The notes below the pieces were generated by a model. The model was given only the letters and a program-made list of their open reading frames with translations, searched no databases and was not told the origin of the DNA. DNA of 55,278 nt, counting the filler, from Squatina squatina (Eukaryota): assembly GCA_031763465.1 (NCBI GenBank). It is 3 parts of 3 records of this genome, joined end to end, with 100 filler letters (N's around TTAATTAATTAA, not from the genome) between each part and the next. Parts side by side here need not be neighbours in the genome. Positions count along the whole stretch, not along the records: positions 1 to 18,688 come from JARFOE010000120.1; 2 more parts are not named here. The stretch is one strand, 5' to 3'. A program made the translations under genes and the position numbers. Below, piece by piece: positions 1 to 11,400 of this stretch (its first letter is position 1; each line of letters starts with the position of its first letter).

Positions 1-781
1 TTCCCAATGGCGTTAGTTCTCTTTCTATTGCATTTATCCCTGTTCGGGTTGGGTTGGTTGGTGGCTGAGGGCGGGGTGGGGTGGGGGGGGTGGATTGGGG
101 CGGCGGTTGGTGGTGGGGCGGGAGAGTTAGTGCTGAAAATTTAATCATTGTTCTCTGCACGCAGGCCTGCCTGCTATCCACACTGTGCAAAGTCTTACCG
201 GCTGGCTTTGAGAGCTCCACATAAACAGTCTAAAAATTGAATGGGACAATTCTAGAGCAAATTGCTGGTTTCATAACCCCCTTTCATTTCAGCTGAGTAG
301 ACTAGAGTTGGTGTGTTTACACAAACAGGAATAGATTGATGAGAATTCAAACCACCAACAGGATGGGAACCAGAGGGCTGCCAACTCACCGTACACCAGC
401 TGTGGTTTCACTCCTGACAGCAGCCTGTCCCATGGTGCACCTCGGCTTCCTCTCAGTGGATTAGAATTTTATATTTAACAGCTCGGGATGTTGTTCAGCT
501 CTGTATCCTAATCGCAATGACTCTGCAGACTGCTGACCGACAGAACAAAAGCAACCGTTAGGCCTGCAGTGTGTTTCAAAGAGAGAAAATGATCAATGTT
601 AGGAAGAAACAGAATCAAGCACAGTCAGAAAAGTTAGAGTCTCTCCTACTCCTCTCTGCCTCTGTCTGTCTGCCTCGTCTTGTAATGTATGTTTCTATCT
701 CTGTCATACTCTGCCTTACCCGTTTGCCCCTTGCCTCCCTCTCGTTGTTTCTCTGTCTGTCTCTCTCTCTCTCTATGTATC

Positions 782-987
782 TACGGTGACCAGATCTTAA
801 CATTGGCAAACCGGGACAAGAAGCCTGCACATGTGATGTCAGTTCTTTGTCAGGACTGGGCACGCGCAGTCGAGTGAGCACAAAAAACCGGGACATTTGT
901 GCAATTTTGAAACAATTGTCGGGACTCCGGGACGTTTCGGGAAAAAACGGTACTGTCCCAGCAAAACCAGGACATCTGGTCACCCTA
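782..987. mobile_element. Non-autonomous hAT (Blackjack/MER81-MER94-like) MITE
   Basis: Terminal inverted repeats TACGGTGACCAGAT ... ATCTGGTCACCCTA (consensus TAGGGTGACCA, typical of hAT-Blackjack). Internal CCGGGACA/TGTCCC subterminal motifs. Flanking 8-mers TATGTATC and TCTATATC match 6/8 (decayed TSD in low-complexity DNA). Confidence 0.75.
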
Positions 988-1127
988 TCTATATCTGTCT
1001 GTCTCTAAATCTAGCCCAGATTTCTCTNNNNNNNNNNNNNNNNNNNNNNNNNNNNNNNNNNNNNNNNNNNNNNNNNNNNNNNNNNNNNNNNNNNNNNNNN
1101 NNNNNNNNNNNNNNNNNNNNNNNNNNN

Positions 1128-1680
1128 TACAGGGAGGGGTGTGGTATATATCAGGGAGTGTTACAGGGAGGGGTGTGGTATATATCAGAGAGTGTTACAG
1201 GAAGGGGTATGGGATATATCAGAGAATGTTACAGGAAGGGATGTGGAGTATATCAGAGAGTGTTACTGTGAGGGGTGTGGGTTATATCAGAAAGTGTTAC
1301 AGGGAGAGCGGGGTGTGGTATATATCAGAGAATGTTACAGGAAGGGGTGTGGTGCATATCGGAGAGTGTAACAGGAAGAGATGTGCGGTCTATCAGGGAC
1401 TGTTACTGTGAGGGGTGTGGTATATGTCAGACCGTGTTACAGGAAGGGGTGTGGGGTATATCAGTGAATGTTACTGTGAGGGGGTGAGGTATATCAGAAA
1501 GTATTACAGGGAGGGAGATGTGTGGTGCATATCAGAGAGTGTTATGGGAAGAGATGTGAGCTATATCAGTGAGGGGTGTGTTATATATCAGACCATGTTA
1601 CAGGAAGAGGTGTGGAGTATATCAGAGGATGTTACAGGAAGAGGTGTGGGGTATATCAGAGAGTATTGCAGTGAGGAGCA
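1128..1680. repeat. 34-bp minisatellite, about 16 copies
   Basis: Unit approx. GTGGTATATATCAGAGAGTGTTACAGGGAGGGGT; equivalent positions at 1141, 1175, 1209 give a 34-bp period. Explains the repetitive ORFs at 1139-1741. Confidence 0.95.
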
Positions 1681-1986
1681 TGTTCATAGAGGAAGGTCCT
1701 TAGGGTTTGCTGGTTGTGGGGCCCACAAAGCTGTTCATTAATGAAATGTGGAGGAACAGTTCCATTTGAAGTGCTGACTGCAAATGCCTTCCCTATGCTG
1801 AGCATTCCTGTACTATTCACCACCTTCCCTCCTCATAAATTTCCTGTTTCTCAATAACTACCAGATGTGGGTGACGTGGGCTGCTCNNNNNNNNNNNNNN
1901 NNNNNNNNNNNNNNNNNNNNNNNNNNNNNNNNNNNNNNNNNNNNNNNNNNNNNNNNNNNNNNNNNNNNNNNNNNNNNNNNNNNNNN

Positions 1987-2035
1987 TGGGCCGAATGGCC
2001 TGTTTCTGTGCCGTAAATTCTAGATAACTCTATGC
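1987..2035 (+). mobile_element. CR1-type LINE/SINE 3' tail fragment
   Basis: TGGGCCGAATGGCCTGTTTCTGTGCCGTAAATTCTA resembles the CR1/HE1-type 3' end; similar tails recur at 31595-31790 (minus) and 39113-39150. Confidence 0.65.
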
Positions 2036-2063
2036 AAACCCTCACAAAAAACAAAATTGGTGC

Positions 2064-2069
2064 TTTATT
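2064..2069 (-). terminator. Candidate SCARF2 polyadenylation signal
   Basis: AATAAA on the minus strand followed by a U/GU-rich tract (ttttgttttttgtg). Lies about 2 kb downstream of the SCARF2 stop, across an N gap. Confidence 0.4.
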
Positions 2070-4132
2070 ACAATTTTGCCACTAAATATTAGATTATACG
2101 CATGTACGAACATCTGTGGTGAAACAGCAATACCACAACAACTTCTTTGGGGGTGAAACCACGTTGTGATGTTAGCAAAGTGTGATTTCAACTTATGAGA
2201 ATTCAATATTGCATTTCTGAATACTGCAACGAGAGTCTGAATGACTCCAGGTACTCAGGACTGCGAATGGCAGAAGCTGAGGTCGGTCTGGAGAAGTTGG
2301 CAAGTTTTGGTGGAAAATAAGCCGTTCTAAATTTTAAACTGCAGCGACATCACAAAATGACATTCCGTTGGTTTTGTGGCACCCCTGAGTGCTGTAAACT
2401 GGCAGACCAAAAGAAAGACACGTTGTCCTCATCCTGTACCCATTCCAACAATAATGTATTCATCAGTCGACGCTCCACTAAATATGTTTACTCCATGAGA
2501 GAGGAAAAGCACACAATGTAAGTGCTTCAAATTAATGACGAGCGTGACAAATTTGATGCCAGGCCCAAATTTTCTGAATCTCTCGACATCAGTTCAAACC
2601 CCTTCTAGCTCTCTGAGTAAACTCCTGACTTAAAAAACATCACCTTACATAAGTGGCTTAATACAGCAAGATTGGAGCCAGTGTTGAGGAGAGTGATGTA
2701 CCGGGGGGCATTTCTCATCCTCCACTTGCTGAGGAGATTCCATTGCAGTGCCTTTCCTCTTCTGCCCTCCAAATCTCTCACATTCCTGAAGTCTGGCCCT
2801 TGACATTTCCACACTGAGCAGAATAACTTTCACCAACAACATCTCGTGAAGGCAAGACAAAAAAAAACAACAACCAGGAGATAGCTGAAGAAAGAAAACT
2901 TTTTTATTCTTTTTGTTTGAAATTTTTAATAAAACTTGAAATAAAAAAATANNNNNNNNNNNNNNNNNNNNNNNNNNNNNNNNNNNNNNNNNNNNNNNNN
3001 NNNNNNNNNNNNNNNNNNNNNNNNNNNNNNNNNNNNNNNNNNNNNNNNNNNNNNNNNNNNNNNNNNNNNNNNNNNNNNNNNNNNNNNNNNNNNNNNNNNN
3101 NNNNNNNNNNNNNNNNNNNNNNNNNNNNNNNNNNNNNNNNNNNNNNNNNNNNNNNNNNNNNNNNNNNNNNNNNNNNNNNNNNNNNNNNNNNNNNNNNNNN
3201 NNNNNNNNNNNNNNNNNNNNNNNNNNNNNNNNNNNNNNNNNNNNNNNNNNNNNNNNNNNNNNNNNNNNNNNNNNNNNNNNNNNNNNNNNNNNNNNNNNNN
3301 NNNNNNNNNNNNNNNNNNNNNNNNNNNNNNNNNNNNNNNNNNNNNNNNNNNNNNNNNNNNNNNNNNNNNNNNNNNNNNNNNNNNNNNNNNNNNNNNNNNN
3401 NNNNNNNNNNNNNNNNNNNNNNNNNNNNNNNNNNNNNNNNNNNNNNNNNNNNNNNNNNNNNNNNNNNNNNNNNNNNNNNNNNNNNNNNNNNNNNNNNNNN
3501 NNNNNNNNNNNNNNNNNNNNNNNNNNNNNNNNNNNNNNNNNNNNNNNNNNNNNNNNNNNNNNNNNNNNNNNNNNNNNNNNNNNNNNNNNNNNNNNNNNNN
3601 NNNNNNNATACAAAAGCCAGCAGTCCATTACTGAATAAAATAACAGAAAACGACAACGAGTTTTCCTTTTTAGAGAAAGCTTTGCTGATGCAAATTTTAC
3701 AGAAACATATAATGTCACAAAAATTCAGTCTTCTGTCCATAGAAAGAAGCCTATCTCTAAAAATAGCGGAAAAGCCAGAGGCTTTCTGTACCATTACTGA
3801 TCATCAGTCACAGGCAGTAGCAAGGTCAAGGGAAAGAAGGCATCGCCTTTAGTCGTGTGTCAAGGCAGTACCAATCCAACATTTAATTCACTTAGGCGCT
3901 TTTGGTCATGTCGAACCATCAGGGAAGGATAAGCGAATGTAAGACACACGCACATATATATTGCGTTAAAAAGTCAATCTTTTTTTTTTCTTTTGCTCCA
4001 TGTTTGGTGGATGGGCCGCAGCTCTGAGACACAACAGTGGCTGTGCTGCTCCTTGGTTTTAAACGAGGTTTACAAGCGCCTTTCTGCGAATGTTACTGAA
4101 GTGAACACTAGAAGCGGAAAACATTTTTTTGG

Positions 4133-5376
4133 TTATGACTCCTTAACGGCCATCACCTGAGGCGGCATCACAGCCGTTTTAGGATACGAGTCCAACGTTG
4201 CTTCCTTGCTGCGCTTCCTTGGTGGTTTTTTGATTGGTGTCCTTTTGGGTGTCTGGTCACCCATTTCCTGTTTGGCCTGAGTACAGTTTATTCCATCTTG
4301 CTCCTGGTAGTTGCAGCTTTGTCTGTCTTCCAGGGTTGAGCTTCTGCCATTGCCTGCCATGGTGTCCTGGTGTTCTGGAGAAGGACTAATCATTTTTTGA
4401 AGATTTGTTGATGTTGGAATGACGGCTTTATTTAGCTTCTGGTTGTTTGCACCGAATGAGCGCTNNNNNNNNNNNNNNNNNNNNNNNNNNNNNNNNNNNN
4501 NNNNNNNNNNNNNNNNNNNNNNNNNNNNNNNNNNNNNNNNNNNNNNNNNNNNNNNNNNNNNNNNNNNNNNNNNNNNNNNNNNNNNNNNNNNNNNNNNNNN
4601 NNNNNNNNNNNNNNNNNNNNNNNNNNNNNNNNNNNNNNNNNNNNNNNNNNNNNNNNNNNNNNNNNNNNNNNNNNNNNNNNNNNNNNNNNNNNNNNNNNNN
4701 NNNNNNNNNNNNNNNNNNNNNNNNNNNNNNNNNNNNNNNNNNNNNNNNNNNNNNNNNNNNNNNNNNNNNNNNNNNNNNNNNNNNNNNNNNNNNNNNNNNN
4801 NNNNNNNNNNNNNNNNNNNNNNNNNNNNNNNNNNNNNNNNNNNNNNNNNNNNNNNNNNNNNNNNNNNNNNNNNNNNNNNNNNNNNNNNNNNNNNNNNNNN
4901 NNNNNNNNNNNNNNNNNNNNNNNNNNNNNNNNNNNNNNNNNNNNNNNNNNNNNNNNNNNNNNNNNNNNNNNNNNNNNNNNNNNNNNNNNNNNNNNNNNNN
5001 NNNNNNNNNNNNNNNNNNNNNNNNNNNNNNNNNNNNNNNNNNNNNNNNNNNNNNNNNNNNNNNNNNNNNNNNNNNNNNNNNNNNNNNNNNNNNNNNNNNN
5101 NNNNNNNNNNNNNNNNNNNNNNNNNNNNNNNNNNNNNNNNNNNNNNNNNNNNNNNNNNNNNNNNNNNNNNNNNNNNNNNNNNNNNNNNNNNNNNNNNNNN
5201 NNNNGTTGAGCCTGAGCCGTTACTAGAGGCTTCGCTGTCTGATAATTTAAGTAAGAGCGCATCGTTCGGATCACCTTTCAGACACGTGTACTCCCCGGCA
5301 TCCTCTTCACTGATTGGAGGGGCTAGCTTTTCCACCAGGTTTACCCTCTCCCGGACACTGTTCTCCAGAACACTCT
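4133..5376 (-). CDS. SCARF2: Scavenger receptor class F member 2, last coding exon (cytoplasmic tail; N gap at 4465-5204)
   Basis: Acceptor tttggttttgcag|AG joins the upstream phase-1 exon in frame. C-terminus DQTPKRTPIKKPPRKRSKE matches the recalled human SCARF2 end (ETPRKKTPIQKPPRKKSRE); SDSEASS matches SDSERSAS. TAA stop at 4135-4133. Confidence 0.88.
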
Positions 5377-5889
5377 CTGCAAAACCAAACCTTATTGTGA
5401 GAATGTTTGCACAGTCAACAATACCACACTGTAGAATTCCATCACTACAAACCAAAACCCAAAGAAGCAATCTTACTGCCAGCAGCGGAGGTCACCAAAC
5501 ACGGAGGAGAGTCTTCATACTCTTCATACCCCTCCTCTCCCCCATAAAATGTTTATATCAATCCCTCACCTTGCAAAGCACATAGGAGAGAGATATCTTT
5601 ACCTCCAATTGATCAGAGAGAAGCACCATTATTAGCCATTCAGTTAGCAACAAGATTGCTTATTTACTACTCAATTTGTAAGAAGGACCCCTACACTGAA
5701 TTTAAATGGCAGTAAGTAATCCTTACTCTCCATGATTGGTAACAAGGATCGCTACTCTTCACTCAATTACAAGGATCTTTACTGTCCCATTTCATTCAAG
5801 AGCACAACTGGTTACCTCAGAAATGGAGCAAAACAACTATAAACTGGAGTTGTACGACCGTATGCAACCACTGACTGTTCTGTACTCAC

Positions 5890-6042
5890 CCTCATGAGGT
5901 ACACAATACACGGGGCCATCGTCTGCTGTATCGAAAGAGGAGAAAGAGCCATGGGAAGACCAAGATGGGGATGGCTGATCCATCATAGATGGCGGCTCAA
6001 TGAAGCTACAGTTTAAGGTGTTTTCCATGTCATGATGGGCCA
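5890..6042 (-). CDS. SCARF2: SCARF2 penultimate coding exon (153 nt, phase 1-1)
   Basis: ttcttttag|TG...GAG G|gtgagt. Encodes AHHDMENTLNCSFIEPPSMMDQPSPSWSSHGSFSSFDTADDGPVYCVPHE, nearly identical to recalled human AHHDLDNTLNCSFLEPPSGLEQPSPSWSSRASFSSFDTTDEGPVYCVPHE. Confidence 0.93.
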
Positions 6043-6439
6043 CTAAAAGAAGAATCACAGGATTAGCAAAGGGAGTGGTGAATCCAGGCTAAAGAATCAC
6101 CTGCACATCACAATCACCCACTCGCCATTCAATATCATGACTGTAACGTGACAGCCTCGACAACATTGCATTGGCCCATGTAATAACACCCTACCCCATC
6201 GTAAACATTCCTAATACTTCAGTCTCTATTATAGCCAGAAATCTNNNNNNNNNNNNNNNNNNNNNNNNNNNNNNNNNNNNNNNNNNNNNNNNNNNNNNNN
6301 NNNNNNNNNNNNNNNNNNNNNNNNNNNNNNNNNNNNNNNNNNNNTAGTCTGTGTATGCACAGTCTGGGTAATGGGCGTGTCATTATCTGGACCATGCGTG
6401 CATCTGTCTGTGAGTTTGATAGCATGGCAAATAGCCGCA

Positions 6440-6555
6440 CTGTAACATCACTGAAGTGTCGGCTTAGTTTATGTGTTGAAGCCCTTGAGTGAGGTTGAAC
6501 CCACGACCTTCCGACTCAGAGGACGAGAGTGCTATCACTGAGCTAAGCTGACACT
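6440..6555 (-). mobile_element. tRNA-derived SINE head fragment (same family as 14488-14890)
   Basis: GTTGAACCCACGACCTTCCGACTCAGAGGACGAGAGTGCTATCACTGAGC is the reverse complement of a tRNA-like A/B-box head and aligns by eye to the heads at 14850-14890 and 18490-18550. Confidence 0.65.
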
Positions 6556-6617
6556 TAACCTTAATGTCAGAAGAGCAGGCCTGAATGCACCAGTGTGACA
6601 TTTATCCCACCCCAGCC

Positions 6618-6790
6618 ATTCTTTGTCAGAACTGCGCATGCGCAGTGCGTTCTTTGCCAGGACTGCACGCAGTCAAGTGGACACGAGAAACTGGGACATT
6701 TGAGCAATTTTGAGATCAGTGTCAGGACACCAGGATATTTCCTCAAAAATTGCGACTGTCCCGGCAAAACCGGGATGTCTCGTCACCCTC
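6618..6790. mobile_element. Second, 5'-truncated copy of the hAT MITE
   Basis: Aligns to 843-987 (TTCTTTGCCAGGACTG, GGGACATTTGAGCAATTTTGAGA, ACTGTCCCGGCAAAACCGGGATGTCTCGTCACCCT); only the right TIR is recognisable. Confidence 0.75.
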
Positions 6791-7664
6791 CGCACAGGGC
6801 CAAATTTTTTTTTTTTTACAGGGAACATTAGTGGGGGTAGGAGGCATAGGCTTCACTGAGACTTTATACAGTTGTGGACCATGTGCTTAGTCACAGGGTG
6901 CGAGGCAGGTGGAAGCGAATGATGCTCACCCTGTGCTGAGACAGGAAAAGCTAGATTTAACTAAAATTACCTGACTGCCCAGCATCAATGAGTAGCTCAT
7001 GACTAACACCAACAATGAAAGCATGCCCTGCTCTTGCTTTCAAACAAAGAAAGACATATATTCACATGCGTACTCTTCCAAATGCACACATGTCAAGCAG
7101 TAAGATGACCACCTGTCTGATTTTTGAACACAACACTCCAGCTGACTATTTTTGATCATTGAAAATTGGACAGAAAAATCTGTTTTTTTACGGCGACACT
7201 AACAATAATGCTTTGTGCATCTGCAGACTGGATCTCTGTGTGTATTATCAACATTTTTTAAATGCCAAGCATCTGTATAGTTTTGGGCTTGGCAAAAGTT
7301 GGCAACACATTGAGCCTTAAGCAGGTATCTATTTAAATCTCTGGTAGGTGCAGTATCTGGTAGAATGGGCTCGTTCAAGGTCAATGGACCACCCAGTGCG
7401 GTACTAAACCATTCCAGACAAGATGGGAATTATCACTGGAAAAGCTAACAGATTGTTGTACAGGAGATGAAGGAAACAATGGAAGAGGGGCAGACACAAC
7501 CCTGCTTCAATTTGTCCATCAACCCACAGGAACCCATTCAGCATGAGGATGCAGTAAAGAAAGTGGGCCATATACAAGCCCCAATCCAACCATTTTGATC
7601 CTTGTCTTGCTCCTATGCTGAGCATGTATCCTGTAGTTGTTACTCATATTTTAAAATATGTCAG

Positions 7665-7863
7665 GTTCAAGTATCAGCTTACATTGATGACTGTATTGGT
7701 GTTGTTTCCTGCTCTGGCCCTGAACTTGATAATTTCATTCACTTTGCCTCCAATTTCAACCCTTCCCTCACCTTCACATGGTCTATCTCTGACTCTTCCC
7801 TTCCATTCCTTGTCTTCTCTGTCTCCATTTCTGGGGATAGGCTCCTCACAAACATCTACTCTA
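7665..7863 (+). mobile_element. Penelope-like element reverse transcriptase fragment
   Basis: Translation YIDDCIGVVSCSGPELDNFIHFASNFNPSLTFTWSISDSSLPFL has the YxDD catalytic motif and the downstream FT..LPFL pattern typical of Penelope RT. Confidence 0.8.
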
Positions 7864-8699
7864 NNNNNNNNNNNNNNNNNNNNNNNNNNNNNNNNNNNNN
7901 NNNNNNNNNNNNNNNNNNNNNNNNNNNNNNNNNNNNNNNNNNNNNNNNNNNNNNNNNNNNNNNCTGCTACTGATCGCAGCGGACTATCCAGGGTCCAGGA
8001 GATGTTCCCAAATTACCTTATAGCAATGGCTGGTACCTGCAGCACTAGGGGAGCAACTGGGGTGCTCACCTGCCTCAAGCTGCTCGACAATCCAGTGAGT
8101 GCCAAGTCTGGACGCCCAGGTGGGTCCCACAACCTCCATTTGGCCACTGCTGTTCTGCAGGTCCTCAGAGAGGCCAGGGATGTGGGAGCTCATGATGTAG
8201 TAGCAGGTTTCACTGTGCTACACTGACATCTATTCTGGGCTATCTACAGGCATAGAGGGAGAGAAGGCATTCTTGAAAATGATCTCAGATCCCAGGAGAG
8301 GTTGTGCAAGTTAAGTAAAAGCACAGAAGCCAATGATGCAAAGATACAAAGTGCCAAGAAAAGGGCAAGGTCTAAAAAGCAATTGGAGTCAGATTTGAAA
8401 AACCGGAACGAGTTACCTGGCCCCGTATTGTGAAATTATTCAAATGGCTGTTGGTTTTGACTTGCTGCTGTTTCAACTGTTAATCGTCAGTGAAAGCAGA
8501 AGTAAACCTTTCATTTATGCAACCAGCAGGCCAACATCTGGAAATACTTTACTCCCAACCCAGCCATCTATAGCATGTGTACCCAAGCCCCTCGAAGGCT
8601 AATATTATTCAGTGTGGACAAGTTTTGTCCGGCTTTCTCAAATATCTGCAAATCTGTGATCTGCTCACCAACCAATTTTAGTGTTCAACGTCACATTTA

Positions 8700-9897
8700 G
8701 GCAGGGAGCAGCAGTGATCTTACAGAGAGAGGGAAACAGGAGCAGGCACAATACAAAGAGGAGGAGGAGCAGCGATCTCACAGAGAACGGGAAACAGGAG
8801 CAGGCACAGTACTAAAGGCGGAGGAGCAGCGGTCTCACAGAGAGCAGGAAATAGGAGCAGGCACAGTATAAAGGGCGGAGGAGCGGCGATCTCACAGAGA
8901 GCAGAAAACAGGAGCAGGCACAGTATAAAGAGGAGGAAGAGTGGCAGTCTTGCCGAGAGTGGTAAACAGGAGCAGGCACAGTATAAACAGGAGGAGGAGC
9001 AGTGATCTTACAGAGAACAGGAAACAGGAGCAGGCACAGTATAAACAGGAGGAGGGGCGACGATCTGGTCGAGAGTGGTAGACAGGAGCAGGCACAGTAT
9101 AAAGTGGAAGACTGGCGGTCTCACAGAGAGTGGGAAACAGGAGCAGGCACAATATTAAGGACGGAGGAGCAGCAATCTCACAGAGAGCGGGAATGAGGAG
9201 CAGGCACAGTATAAAGAGGAGGAGGTGCGGGGATCTCACAGAGAGCGGAAAACAGGAGCAGGCACAGTATAAAGAGGAGGACTGGCGGTCTCACAGAGAG
9301 TGGGAAACAGGAGCAGGCACAATATTAAGGATGGAGGAACAGCAATCTCACAGAGAACGGGAAACAGAAGCAGGCACAGTATAAACAGGAGGAGGTGCAG
9401 CGATCTCACAGAGAGATGGAAATAGAAGCAGGCACGGTATAAAGAGGAGGAGTGGCGATCTCACAGAGAGCGGGAAACAGGAGCAGGCACAGTATAAAGA
9501 GGAGGATCGCCGATCACGCAGAGAGTGGGAAACACGAGCAGGCACATTATAAAGAGGAGGAGGAGCGGCGATCTCACAGAGAGCGGCAAACAGGAGCAGG
9601 CACAGTATAAAGAGGAGGACTGGCGGTCTCACAAAGAGTGGGAAACAGGAGCAGGCGCAATATTAAAGACAGAGAAGCAGCGATCTCACAGAGAATGGGA
9701 AACAGGAGCAGGCACAATATAAAGAGGAGGAGGAGCGGTGATCTCACAGAGAGCGGGAAACAGGAGCAGACAGAGCATAAAGAGGAGGAGGAGCAGCAGT
9801 CTCACAGAGAGCAGGAAATAGGAGCAGGCACAGTATAAAGAGAAGGAGGAGTGGCGATCTCGCAGAGAGCGGGAAATAGGAGCAGGCACAGTATGAG
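8700..9897. repeat. 55-58-bp purine-rich minisatellite, about 21 copies, within the SCARF2 span
   Basis: Unit approx. GAGCAGCGATCTCACAGAGAGCGGGAAACAGGAGCAGGCACAGTATAAAGAGGAGGAG; CAGGCACA anchors at 8743, 8801, 8858. Explains the repetitive ORFs at 8892-9941. Confidence 0.96.
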
Positions 9898-11201
9898 GAA
9901 GGATTAGTTAGCAATCTTGTTGTGCGAGGCCCCTTGGGCAAGAGTGACCATAATATGGTGGAATTCTTCNNNNNNNNNNNNNNNNNNNNNNNNNNNNNNN
10001 NNNNNNNNNNNNNNNNNNNNNNNNNNNNNNNNNNNNNNNNNNNNNNNNNNNNNNNNNNNNNNNNNNNNNTATTCCTCTCAGAACTTTAAAGATGTTCAGT
10101 TTTCTAGTGTATAATGTAAACAAGTTCAGCCCCTTGAATCTTTCCTCATAACTTAGAGCCCCGAGTTAATAACTGTAGTTCATGTTTATCTCTTGAATTC
10201 TATCCAGCACGTGATGCAGATATTATAAAAGGAAAATGGTTATGTGTAACACACACACACTTTGGAACACCAACTGTGAGTTAAACCAATGTGAATTCGG
10301 AGAGTGGCATTGGATTTCTGAATGCTGGATTGAGTTCTCAGCCAGCGTTTTCAGGTGGGGGTCAGAATCATTTACCATACAAACAAGAAATCATTGTCCC
10401 GCACTCGTATCAAACTGCCTACCTGTGGCGGCAGTATATACATAGTGTGGCAGAGACAGGAGTGTGGGGGAGCCGGAGGGAGGGGGGGTGGGGGTCACAA
10501 ATCCCCGATAGCCTTGCCTCATCTGATTAATATTCTGTACGCCTGCCCACAAACTGCTGCTCCCTGCGTGTTTTGATTCGGCCTTCCTGTTGTCTAGACT
10601 GTGTTCCAGATTGTTTTACATCTTTCTTTGCCTTATTCTGGGATCCTGTTTGAGAAGTTCCACATGTTCTTTTTAAAATGCTCACAGCTGTGTCGCGTGA
10701 GTGGCCTCAGCCTGCTCCCACCCTCACCCCAGGAACCCGGTCAGCCTTTTCTGGGAACAGTGCAGGATCATTTAAGTTTTAGTGTTTTATTTTGCAATCT
10801 GTACCTATAACCATAACAGTCCACAGGTGCAATCATACTTTGATGGTTTACATAAACGAGGCTAGTTTGATTTTATTGTTTTATTTGCAATTTTCTCCCG
10901 TCCTCTCCTGAAGGGGGCAACTCCTTCTGGGATACATATTCCCTGGTGCCAGCCACCCTCTCTTACCTTCATGCATGAGCCTGGACAGTGTTTTTCAACT
11001 GTGGAGGGCATGACCATTAAGCCTAATCCTTAACCTTGATGTCCACACCATTGCATCATCTAGCAGGAGACACTGGATTGGAAGCAGGAATTCTGGCTCA
11101 TNNNNNNNNNNNNNNNNNNNNNNNNNNNNNNNNNNNNNNNNNNNNNNNNNNNNNNNNNNNNNNNNNNNNNNNNNNNNNNNNNNNNNNNNNNNNNNNNNNN
11201 N

Positions 11202-11400
11202 TTTAGCAGGGCAAGGATCAACCATTGTGTGACTGTACACAACTACAGTTTATTCAGCAGGGTAAGGATCACTCGCTGTGTAACTGCATGGAGTGTTTAT
11301 TCAACAGGATAAGGTTCACTCACAGTACAACTGTACAAAATTACTGTTTATTCAGCAGGGTAAGGATCACTCATTGTGTAACTGTAAGGAGTCACCATTT
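11202..11400. repeat. Short tandem array, about 4 copies of a 46-51-bp unit
   Basis: GTTTATTCAGCAGGGTAAGGATCACTCATTGTGTAACTG recurs four times with alternating longer and shorter spacing. Confidence 0.85.

Noticed and set aside
7984-8226. GC-rich ORFs with a possible minus-strand donor (CAG|gtgagc) as a SCARF2 exon
   Set aside because: No EGF-like cysteine pattern, transmembrane segment or recognisable similarity.
1128-9897. Tandem arrays as CRISPR-like loci or repeat-protein genes
   Set aside because: Units are contiguous with no unique spacers, no cas genes are present, unit lengths shift the reading frame, and the context is vertebrate introns.
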